NCBI RefSeq assembly: GCF_006345805.1
Contig: NC_042999.1
Span: forward strand, 136,338,001-136,402,000
Source of the DNA: Octopus sinensis
Taxonomy: Eukaryota
Length of the DNA stretch: 64,000 bases
Direction: 5' to 3'
Shown: in pieces, positions 39,283-52,790 of the stretch
Layout of the letters: each line of letters starts with the position of its first letter
How positions within the stretch are numbered: position 1 is the stretch's first letter
Made by a program: the position numbers and the translations under genes
The notes under the pieces: generated by a model
Seen by the model: the letters and a program-made list of their open reading frames with translations, nothing else
Told to the model about the DNA's origin: nothing
Database searches by the model: none

Positions 39283-42200
39283 ATTGATTGATTGATATGA
39301 TTCTAGTTTCAGCTTATGAGCTGTGGCCATGCTGGGGGCACCGCCATTTGGTGTTGTGCTACTTGGTTCACATTTGGTGTTGCTACTTGGTTTCACTTCA
39401 TGGAGGCTTTCTAGCAACTGCTATTTGGTGCATGAGAGGAGTTCGATGCAGCTGCCCTCATCTGCCCCTCCTGCATGAAGTTATTCATCTGGGACACCTG
39501 ACAGGAAGAGATCCAGCTTCATTTTAAAGACATCTGTATCCACCCCATGCAGGTCTCTCAGGTTCTTGGAGGATATTGAAGAGCTGTGGGCTCGGAAGCC
39601 CAGGCTATCACAGAATCTTGTCCTACATCTTGGATGGGCAGGTTTGGAGTCTAGGCACCACGCAGTGGCGCCAGTTCTGGCATTTGCGTAACTATCGATG
39701 CCAAGTTCAGGACACTTCCCTCCAGGATCTTCCAGATGTATATTATGGCATATCTTTCCCGCCTACGCTCCAGGGAATATAATTTAATCTCTTGAGTCTT
39801 TCCCAGTAGCTTACATTCTGCATAGAGGCTATCTCTTTGTGTAGCTTCGTTGGGTCGCCATCAAGTTCGTGATCAACTTGACATGGAGGTGGGACCATGT
39901 GAGAGCAGAGCACATAGTCAAAGTGGCTTCGGACAAGTGTCTTCCAGAGGACTCATGGTTTCTTGTTCTCTGTTCTAAAGGTTCGAAGAATCCATCCAGC
40001 CAGCCGTCTACATTTCAGTGTCAGTTTAGCAACATGTACATGAAAGGTCGCGTCATCACTCATGTGAATACCCAGGTCACGCACTGATTGTGCCTCTGGG
40101 ATTGCAATCCCTCGGGTCCAGTGTATTCATTGGGTATGCATTCAGTTTTGCATGCTGATAGTATAAAGCTTGAAACTTTCCAGCATTGAACTGAATGCTA
40201 TTCTTTTCAGCCCACTTGTATATTTCGTCCAGCTCACATTGCAGGTGTTTAGTGTCCTCAGGTTCTGTATTGCCTGTGAAACTTTTGTATCATCTGCAAA
40301 CTTGTGACGTGGCTCTCTGCGGGCTGAGGGCATGTCTGAGAGGGCCATTATACAGTAGTGGTCCCAGAACAGTGCCCTGCGGAACACCGCTCACTATTTG
40401 TGTGTTAATGGAGGTGGCCCCATTGGCTACTACCACCTGACTTCTATCCTTCAGAAAGTCATGAAGCCATTCTCCCAGTTTTCCAACTATGTTGAGATCA
40501 CGCAGTTTGTGACATATCATTCCATGATCGACTTTATCAAAGGCCTTTGCAAAGTCGAGATATATCACTTCCACATTGAGTGGTGAGCAGCCGTTTCAGC
40601 ACCAGTCATAGTGTTGTAGGAGTGAGTTTAAACAGCTCTCCCTGGTCGGAAACCATGTGGGGTGTCGGGCAGCAAGTCATTCTCTTCAAGGAAGGTGATC
40701 AGCTTCCTTCTGACTATTCGTCCATGACTTGCTGATGTGTGAGGTCAGAGAGATAGGTCTATAGATCTTGGCTTCGCTCTGCTACCTCCTTTATGAATGG
40801 GGCAATTTTACCTTCCTTCAGTTTTTCCTGGAAGTTTGCAGCTGCAAGGAAGCTCTGAAAGAGGAAAATGCAGTGTCTTGCTAGGACTCTCTTACATGCT
40901 TTTAGGAGGATTGCGGGAATCCTCGGGGCCAGTAGCTGAGTCTGTTTTCATTCATCTATAGCCTTGGTTACATCTTCTTCTTTATATCGATGTAATCTAT
41001 CGTCGCCGCCTCTGATTTTATATCTGCAGTGTTAAAAAAGTCAGTTGGATTGGTGATTGGAGATTCCCAAGGGTGGAGTGAAAACACTCTTGAATTGCTC
41101 ATTCAGTATTTCACTTACCCTCATTGGTTTCCTGTAAGTGTGCCATCCTTTTCGAGGAGTGGCCCTATTCTACAGTGCAATGTAGCTGTTTCTTGGCATA
41201 CCTGTAGAAAGCTCTGGGGTTAGATTTTATGTTTTCTATAGCCCAGGCTTCTCTGTCTGCTCTTCTTTTTCATGGGAGAGTTGCAGACATTTTCGATTTC
41301 CAACAGTTTTATTTAGGCGGGACTTTTCACTGCTTTCAATCTGTTGTTTAGGCGATTTGAAAATTTCGTACGCCGTCTCATTAAAATTTTCCTCTCTCTG
41401 GGGATTTGTTCTTGTGTACAGTGGGCTTTCTCTCTGGGACACATTTGTAGCATATGGCTTGCATTACAGACATGAATTGTTGAAGTTTCACATCGATGTC
41501 TGGCGAGGAGAGACATTTAGGCCAGTTTTGTTTGAGGATCTATTTCTCAATTTGTTTCCAGTTTGCTTATGGTAGTTCAAGCTGGAAAGATTTTGAGGGT
41601 TTCTTGTAGGATGCATGTCGTGCTCTCTTTTGGCCCGTACATGTCAGCCTATCATGTTGTGATCCGAGAGTAGTGTCGGTGTCACTTTCACATATGGATG
41701 AGATCCATGTCATTGTGAAGCAGAGATCCAGTGTGTTTCCTGCCTGGGTTGGTTGGAGTATTACCTGCTCCATGTACGTGTGTTGATGAGGTTCAGGAGG
41801 GACCTCGCCTGTCCTCGTTCACATCTTGTCATTCCTGGGAGAGAAAGGCCCTCGGGCCATCTGACATTGGGCAGATTGAAGTCTCCCATAAGAAGCACAC
41901 CTATGTGTGTTCTAATGTGGTTAGAATTCTTCTATTTTTATAAGGCAGTCTTCAAACTTGCCCCACATGGGTTGGGCATCTGGAGGGGCGATATGTAGCA
42001 CACACAACTACATCAAGTTGTCGATATGTACAATTAGTGTGTCACACACCGAGTTGAGTATGACAAGAGGACCTGGGGTGTGTGAGGTCCTCACGGATGT
42101 ACATAGCAACACCTCCATGACTCCTTCTTTCCTGTCGGTCCGTAGTACAGCATACTGTGGTATGTGTACTCCGCATCTGCTATGTCCGGTTTCAGGTGCG

Positions 42201-43405
42201 TTTCTGTAAGTGCTATGCATAAGGCTTGATTGCATGCAACAAAGTCTCTCAGGAACGGGATCTTTGTCCTGTTACTGAGTGTTTGCAGTCCTCTGATGTT
42301 CAGTAGGAGTATCGAGGTGAGGTGTACGTTGTTGCCGGCGGGTTGTCCATCCTGTGTCTGTTTGCTGTGGTGGTCTGGTATATAGTGGGTAGTCCCACCT
42401 GCGGGCTTGGGTTTGATGAAGCCAGGTCAGCTGCTGTACAATCTTTGTGCCATGCACAAAAAAGATTGTTGCTCAGCAGCTGCTCTTCGACATCATGTTG
42501 GCTGTTTGTGGCGAACAACCATGCGTACTCGCTTTGGGGCAGGTGGTGCGTGGTCCATCCCTTTTCTTTGTGTTGATGGTTTGTCCATCTGCCTCGTGTC
42601 TCTGTGGCGGGTCCCACGATGTGCAAAGCGGCAGCCTGCACCTTCCTTTCCATGCCAGCAGGAACCTCTCAGGTTAGAACATACACACCCGTGTGCGCTG
42701 TTTGGTTCCATCCTTGCGGTTCCACTTCTATTTCTGGTTGTTTCACTCTTTGGTCCTGCTTGAGCTTTTCTTTTTCCTTTAGCTCTTCCAGTCCTTCTTT
42801 TAGTTCTTCTTCCTCCCTCTACCTCTTCACGGGTTTCTCCGTCTCCATGGCCTTGCTGCCGGTTGGAGAACTTGCACCTGGGTTCACTTCCGGGCAGGTT
42901 TTCTCATTCAAAACCTCCTCCGGGCCCGTCCACAAGAGTGGGGGGGGTGACTTCTTTCATGTCTCATCTTGCCATCTTTGCTCCGCTCGTTCTTCAAAGA
43001 TGGCATAAGTGCGCCAATGTGCGACCGTACAAGCGCATATGAGCGCCCGAATTCTGTCTCTTTCGCTCCATCTGAGCCGCTGTCCTCTTGTAGCCTCTGC
43101 TCTTCAGCGCAGCCGCAATCACCTCCCTAGGGCTATCTCCGCCGGCGCACTCCCATGCTCGTACCAATAAAATCAGCTCGTCACGCTCCATGCTCTGGAC
43201 ATGCTGGGATATCCGTATCCGTTATCTATCTAATTATGTCGAGAGAAGACAGGAAGATATTAAGGCTAATTAGAAGATAGAGTACTTGAAAAAGAAATAT
43301 TAACAATATTAAGGTTGTTGTTGTGTAAAAATGTTATTTGGGTAAAAACGTTATTTAATTTAATCTTAAGGCTAATTAGGGGATAGAGTATCTGAAAATG
43401 TATTA
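39283..43405 (-). mobile_element. Near full-length CR1-group LINE (ORF1 plus APE-RT ORF2), degenerate, with an (ATCA)n tail
   Basis: APE start LTSILLLNIRGLQTLSNRTKIPFLRDF (about 42320); RT EVIYLDFAKAFDKVDHG...SGVPQGTVLGPLL...KFADDTK; ORF1-like region 42350-43200; flanked by (TA)n-rich DNA. Confidence 0.9.
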
Positions 43406-44097
43406 GCAATATATATATATCCACAAATATATATATATCCACTTATGTTCATATACTTACACGTATATATCTATCTGTTTCTCTGTCTATCTATATATCC
43501 ATCCTTTCATACATATATATGTGGAGGGGTGGGTATATGCACATACTTCACAAGCTTACACTTGTCCAGTTTTGTGTTGCCTAGCAACCTCTAGAAAACA
43601 TGACAAAATTTGTCTCACTTATTTTAGATCTGCTTGAATCTGGACTAGCCACTAAACATTAGTTGTTTCTTTTACTTTTGCTTCATTTTAATCTATTCTG
43701 AAGTATATTAAGAATAAAAATCAAATTTAAAAAACTTTCAGTATTTTCCTTCTATTTCAGCAGTTTTGATAATTATATTAATATGATTTTTGTTAAATTT
43801 TCTTATGAAACTTGTATTTTCCTTTTCAGTATCTTTTGCCTGAGTTTTGCTTGTTTTGACATTGTATAGCTTAACATTAGCTCATTACTGATTCATTTAC
43901 TCATGTGTGTTGTATGTCATAGGCACACACACATGTGTGTGTATGTGTGTGTGTGGTGCATGTGTGTATATATTCATATATATATATATGTGTATATATA
44001 TATATTATATATACTTACATATATACACACATATATACATACATATATACACACACACATATGTACATATATATATATATTATATATATATATATAT

Positions 44098-44155
<58 letters not shown>

Positions 44156-44160
44156 GTATG

Positions 44161-44224
<64 letters not shown>

Positions 44225-44355
44225 CTTTTATTATAGCTAAAAAATTTTTCGGCCTTAATAAAGAAAATTTACTTTACCACTGGTATTTGAGTACTATTTT
44301 TCCACTTTGTTTTGCATATATGTGCTTACTCATAAGCATATAGCATATATATATG

Positions 44356-44431
<76 letters not shown>

Positions 44432-44486
44432 GCAAATGTGTGTGTGTATATGTATGTATATTATATATATAATATATATATATTGC

Positions 44487-44708
44487 CTTGTGTTCTTGAG
44501 CAATACACTTCATTTCACATTGTTCTGCAATATTTCATCATCTGACATGTGGCATCTTGTGCACCTGTACAGCTAATGATGATTTGATGGCAAGGGTGAG
44601 CTTATGTGAGCACAAACATTTGATCATTATCGACAAATCATTTGTGTTGTCGTTCAGCAAGAAATTGCAGAGCCCTCATACATCGTCTAATGACAGGTGG
44701 GTCAATGA

Positions 44709-44783
<75 letters not shown>

Positions 44784-44986
44784 TAGACGATGTATGAGGG
44801 CTCTGCAAGTTCTTGCCGAACAACTACACAAATGATTTGTCGATAATGATCAAATTTTTGTGCTCACATAAGCTCACCCTTGCCATCAAATCATCATTAG
44901 CTGTACAGGTGCACAAGATGCCACATGTCAGATGATGAAATATTGCAGAACAATGTGAAATGAAGTGTATTGCTCAAGAACACAAG
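44487..44986. repeat. Inverted duplication of a roughly 205-bp SINE-derived segment around a (TA)n spacer
   Basis: 44487-44691 is the reverse complement of 44782-44986 with few mismatches. The left arm begins with the SINE body motif tgtgttcttgagcaatacacttcatttcac. Confidence 0.95.
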
Positions 44987-46929
44987 CTGCATATTAAGTA
45001 TGAAACAGTTACTAAAAGTACTAAAAGAAAGCAATTATTAAAGGGTTGACTATCTGGAAATATTTTTATAAATTCATGTTCTAAGAAATATCCTGTAACT
45101 TCGATTTCTCAAGTTTAATGAATTTTTTAACTCCAATTTCTCATAAATTTAAATATTCATTGCATTCACTGCGAAGTATTCCATTTTTATTTGCAAAGTC
45201 TCTCACATTCTCTTTCAATGTTTTCATTTCAAGTTATAATTCGCTGTTTGGAAAACCGACTGTTTATTCTATTAATGTATACATAATGTAAAAACATTAT
45301 TTATTGAATAAAATTTTTTAATATACCCATATAACTTTTGTAAAAAAACTTTTAAGTGATTTTGTTGTTATGGCTGTTTGGAATGCTATAAGCCTCACAA
45401 TAATATCTATCTGGACTGATATTGGCCATTTTCTTTTTAATTTAAAAACCATGGGAGGAGCCTTTTCAGTGTAAAAAAGAAACAAAAATTGTAAATGTTT
45501 TCAGAGGAAAAGGTGAACAATTCAAGGGAAGTCTCACTGTTGTTTCTAGCACAACCCAAACCACCCTCCCTTTTCACTTTCACATGTATTGATGTTTTTC
45601 TAATAATTTTCTCCCATTAAATATATTTTATGGAATGATGTTGCCGAAGTAAAACACGCATTCTCCATTGGTGGAATATAAGCAACAAAATAAATTACAA
45701 TTTAAATTTTTACCTCTACCTCAATCAGGTCTGCAGTGGGAGGATGAGGGAGGGGGGGATGTAAAAAAAAAAGGAGTTTTGAAACTTTTTTACATATAAA
45801 AATGCCCCGAAAAAATTTTCCCGACAAATTTTTTTATAATTATAATTTATGCTGTTTGAAATGGATTTGTATAAACTTTCATTAAAAAATACTCGTTTTC
45901 CTGATAGTTATGAGGGAAAGAAATCAGATCGTGAGAATTTTTTGAAACTCTTCTTTCCAGCCCCTCAGAAAAATTCTTTCCCATTAATCCCTATATACTC
46001 TGAAGCCACAACATCTAAGTGGGATTTGTAGGGAATTTTGTTAAAAAGTATCCATTTATCTGGATGTTATGAGGCAACAAAGTTGGGGGCATATACATCT
46101 GTAGTAATGCCCTTTTGTTTATACAATTTTTTCATTTCATATTTATTTCATTCATTGTCTGCAGTGTTCTCTCTCTCTCTCCTCTCTCTCCTCTCTCTCT
46201 TCTTTCTCTTCTCTCTCTCTCTCACTCTCTCTCTCTCTCTCACACACACACACTGCAAAGCTTACAGATGGGCTGCTGAATTGAAATCTCTATGTTGTTA
46301 TGAGGGAAGGTAAAACTCAACAAACTGCTTCTCCTTCTGTTCATTTAAAAAAGTGAGATTATGACTGTGATAAAATAATGAAAGCAGTATTTACTAAGCA
46401 AGTGAGCACTATTATATAAAGAAATAATTAGACGTAAAATATAAAAATTATTAGAATCGGGAATCAAATGTGAAACTATTATCAAGGGGATAGCAGAAAA
46501 CTTCCCGGAGGGCAGTCTTTCTGCTATATAAAAGATCCAATACAAGGAAACAAGCTCCTCTTATAGGGATGTAAATCATCCAATTTTCACTGGTTAACTG
46601 TTTAATACCCAATATTGTGGAAAAATTTTTCTCCAATACAAATGGATATATATAGACAATATACAATAATAAAAGTCTGTTTTACAATTTCAAACTTCTC
46701 ATATGTGATTTTCGTCCAGTATACCCTGATGAGATTCTTACTCAAATATTTCAATAATATATATTTTTGGTTTTGAGTTTGAATTGAAACAATTGTAGAG
46801 ATTATATTTATTTTATATTATAATAATAATATTATATTATGTTAATAAATTAACATATGTCAGTTTAAACTCTCTGTTTTCCTTTTATTATTGTATATAT
46901 ATATGTGTGTGTGTATGTGTATAACATAA

Positions 46930-48050
46930 GAACCTGAATCCAAGAAGAAAGATGGTGGTTTACATCAACCAAAAAATTGTACTTATTGATTAAGTGTAAT
47001 GATACATAAATTTGTCTGGTGCTGGTTGAAAACTTTCTGCTATTTAAGACATGAGCCTTCTTCAAAGAGCAACAAGAGTTGTCAGTTTTCCTCTCTGTTA
47101 TATGACTCTATTTTCTCCCTTCTATCATCATGACAACTAGAACTTTTCTGAGACTATGACTGATCAAGGGCTCTTTTAACTTCCATGCTTACCTTCCTCA
47201 AATTATCTTTTCTCTCAATCAAGCTCTTAACTCCCAAATTACTTATTATAAACATATTGCTAATGAAGGCATGTGACTTAGTGTCAGTTAATATATTGTT
47301 GGGTTGTACATCTTTCACCAGAAAAAGACTTTACTTATACTATTTCCTGATGGCAATTAAGTCTCTCTAGCCTATGTGTTTGTCTGATTTGTAGGTGATC
47401 AGGTAGCTGACCGATTTCCTACAGTTCATATTGCAAATAGTTTAATCATTTGTATTGCAGGAAACTGGATACATTCCTTGTACCATATCCATAGCCTCCA
47501 TTTGCAATGGAAAAGTCATCATTAACAGCGAGGCTGCTGTTATTCACTATTGAGGCAATCTGTAATCTGTTCATTTCCCAGCCCTATTTGTTATGTGTAT
47601 GCAGAAATAACTTTCTGTGTTGTTTTGTCTATGACCAGCCTAAGTTTAATTATTTTGTTGCATATTCAGTTATCTTAACCATGCATTTCTTTGCTAACAA
47701 AACACCAGTTCCACCTACTCCATTACTATTACCAACCTAGAAGTACTTGTACCTTTATTCCTTGCCTGTGAGGTATTTGATGAGGCTCTCCATCATATTG
47801 CTTTTTGAATATAGCATATATCTAATTCCTTTGCTCTGGCATTTCTGTAATCTCTTTTGACCTATCTTTCATCATGCTGACATTAATGATGGCAGCCCTA
47901 AGATTTTGAACAGTCAGGAAGAGTAAAGCTTCCAGTTGTAGGTGGGTGAGCACTGATAGGAAGTGGGTTTTTAGTGAGCTGGTAAGTCGGTATCTATTTT
48001 TCGCACTTGAAAAGACGAATGCTTGTGAAAGCAACTGGTGCACAATACCC
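46930..48050 (-). mobile_element. Degenerate retroelement remnant (Penelope/LINE-like)
   Basis: Minus-strand end tgaagaaggct...agcagaaag resembles the PLE termini elsewhere in the window; coding-like but riddled with stops. Confidence 0.4.
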
Positions 48051-48883
48051 CACCACCACCACCACCACCACACACACACACACACACACACACAAGTGTG
48101 TGTTTCCATTTGTGTAAGATAAACTGTGTGTTATAATTTTCATGAGACTGTTACTCATAGATTTTCTTGTATTTTGTTAACTAAATAGATATAGTTAATT
48201 TATATTCATAACAAGCCACATAACTTCATTTTTACTCCAGGAATTCTATCTAAAATAACCCTTAACTGTTATGTGATATGTATACTTATTACTACTGTTG
48301 TATTGCTAAAAGCTTTAAGCATGATAACATTTTACTCATCACAAACTTCTACTCACATGTAACATAAATATAAATACCACCTCCTCTTTTTTCTTCCCAT
48401 TCTTTTTTATTCCTTTTCTCTATTATTCAACTGCTATCAGAATCATATCTTATAAATCTATTCATATAAACAATTCTCTTTAAAAAATCTAATAAAAAAT
48501 AGTATAAAAATGTACACACACACACCACACACACACACACAGATATATATACCTCCTTGAACCTGAGCTACCTGATACATCTGTTGTTCTTCTTGCCATC
48601 ACACCAACTGTGTTTAATAATCTTCCCAACAACCCTAGCTTTGTTTAATATTTGTTATATAACACCTTTCTCTCATTAATATTCTGCATCCCACTTTAAT
48701 CATTTCTCCTCAAGAATTCTCTGCTCACCCCCTTGCTCTCTCTCTCTCTCTCCTTTTTCCTGTCTCCGTATAATGTTTTTATCTAAATACATCAGTCTTA
48801 CAGTCTGTTCAAACTGAATAACAACATCTGAGATTGCTTAACTTACAAAAAAAAAATCAATGTTTAAAGTAGTTATAGGTTTA

Positions 48884-48954
<71 letters not shown>

Positions 48955-49384
48955 CATCATCATCATCATCATCATCATTTAACATCCCTTTTTCATGCTA
49001 GAATGGGTTGGATGGTTTGACAGAAGTGGCAGACTCTGATGTCTGCTTTGGCATGGTTTCTACAGCTTGATGCTGTTCATAATGCCAACCACTTGCTTTT
49101 TCTTCATACTATCAACACTGATGAGGTTACCAAGTACTCACAAAACAAGACCCCTCCCTCAACTGAGTGCAATACAATATTGAAGGATGTGAAACAGAGA
49201 AACAGGAACAGGTGTCTAAATGAAGTGGTCTATTGAAGAATAGAATTTGGTAAGAGGGATTTACTCCAAGAGCACACCAAAGCATCACTGCTGCTGATTC
49301 ATTCCAGAACAAATGTATAAATATATGTTCTAAACATACATTTACAGAGAAACAAGTATGTGTGTGTATGTATATATATTCTTA

Positions 49385-49695
49385 TGCATGTTTCAGTCAT
49401 TTGACTGCAGCCATGCTGGAGCACTGCCTTTAGTCGAACAAATCGACCCCAGGACTTATTCTTTGTAAGCTTAGTACTTATTCTATCAGTCTCTTTTGCT
49501 GAACTGCTAAGTTACAGGGGATGTAAACACATCAACATCAGTTGTCAAGCAATGGTAGGGGGACAAACAGACACACAAACATAAACATACATATATATAT
49601 AAACATGAAGAGCTTCTTTCAGTTTCCATCTACTAAATCCACTCAAAAGGCTTTGCTTAGCCTGAGGCTATAGTAGAAGACACTTGCCCAAATAC
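49385..49695 (-). mobile_element. tRNA-derived SINE (5'-truncated)
   Basis: Homologous to 32675-33060, including the cagtc-aaat-gactg tail hairpin. Confidence 0.85.
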
Positions 49696-49709
49696 ACACA
49701 CACACACAT

Positions 49710-50745
49710 ATGACAGGAGTTAACAGACACCCCATAAAACATCATTTTATGTTTATTCTAGCTTGTAAAGGTTTATATTTTTTATTAATTGACATTTTTA
49801 TGCTTCAAGTTCTATAAAATTGCAGAAAACCTTGGGATCACACTTTCTACAGTTAATAGAGTGATTGTGCAATTCACCAGAGAGGGGAAGGAGTCACATC
49901 ACCTTGCCCAGATCAACCAGGGTCCTCTGACTGGTTCCTTCTCTTTGTTAAGGGAAATGTGGAGGATAATCCTTGGTGCAATGCTTCTGACATAGCATAA
50001 CAAGTTGATGTCAGTCCCAGAACAGCTGTCAGGTATCTCCACAAACTTGGTTACTATGACAGAGCAGCAAGAAGGAAGCCACTCCTTCGATCAGCCAACA
50101 TCAAGTGGAGAAACGATTGGGCCAGTGAGACAGTGGAGAGGCCACTAACATTTTGGGACACTGTCATATTCTCTGATGAGTCCAGATTTGCTGTATTTCC
50201 TGACAGTGGTTGAGTGCGTGTCTGGAGACTCTGTAATCAAGAATTTGATGTGAAAAAAGATTGCAGCCAACAATGAAACATGGCAGCTATTATGTGATGG
50301 TCTGGGAGCAATGGTTGATCAGAACTGGTGGAGTGTGATGGAAACTTAAACTCAGGTATAAATGTGTCCATTTTGCAGAAAGGACTCCTTCCAGTCTCCT
50401 GCACTGGTGAAATGATTAAAGAAGACTCTTTATTTATGGAAGATGGGGTCCTGGTCACAATGCTAAAATGATCCAAGATTTGTTGGATGGGAATGGCATT
50501 AAAAAGCTTCCATGGCCAAGCCAGTCACCAGATATGAACCTTATTGAACACCTCTGGGACATAATGGACAGGACACATCATAAATAGAAGAAGAAAGCAT
50601 CTTCAAAGCCAGATCTTTTGAGATTGCTACTTGGCAAGAAATTCCGCAAGAGAATATTCATCATCTGATCACTAACATGCCCAATAGGGTCCTTGCATTG
50701 AAAAATGAGAAGAGCATGTCTACTAAATATTATATGCTAAATGAT
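49710..50745 (+). mobile_element. Degenerate Tc1-like (DD34E) transposon
   Basis: [57 protein letters not shown]. TIRs not resolved. Confidence 0.85.
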
Positions 50746-50935
50746 TTGAATGTTAGGAAAAGCATCCAGTTATAGAAACCATGCGACATCAAACTGGAAT
50801 CTGGTGTAACTTCCCAACTTGCCAGTTCTAGTCAAACCATCCAAACCATGCCAGCATGGACAAGACATTAAATGATGATGATGATAATGATGATACATAC
50901 ATATGTATATGTATATATATATATATATATATATT

Positions 50936-52508
<1,573 letters not shown>

Positions 52509-52539
52509 ATGTATGTGTGTGGTGTGTGTGTGTGTGTGT

Positions 52540-52790
52540 GGAGGCACGTGGCTTAGTGGTTAGGGTGTTGAACTCATGATCGTAAGGTTTTGGTTTCGAT
52601 TCCTGGACTAAGCGTTGCATTGTTTTCTTGAGCAAAACACTTTATTTCCTGTTGCTCCAGTCCACTCAGGTGGCAAAAATGAGTAACGCTGCAATGGACT
52701 GTTGTTCCATCCAGCTGGGGAACACATACGCCATTGAAACTGGGAAACCAGGCCCATGAGCCTGGCTAGGCTTTAAAAGGGTGCATTTAT
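52540..52790 (+). mobile_element. tRNA-derived SINE
   Basis: ggaggcacgtggcttagtggttagg...ggtttcgattcctgg; homologous to 20405. Confidence 0.85.

Noticed and set aside
45040-46130. Possible Kolobok-like DNA transposon (TTAA-AGGG left end)
   Set aside because: No matching right TIR/TSD and no recognisable transposase motif.
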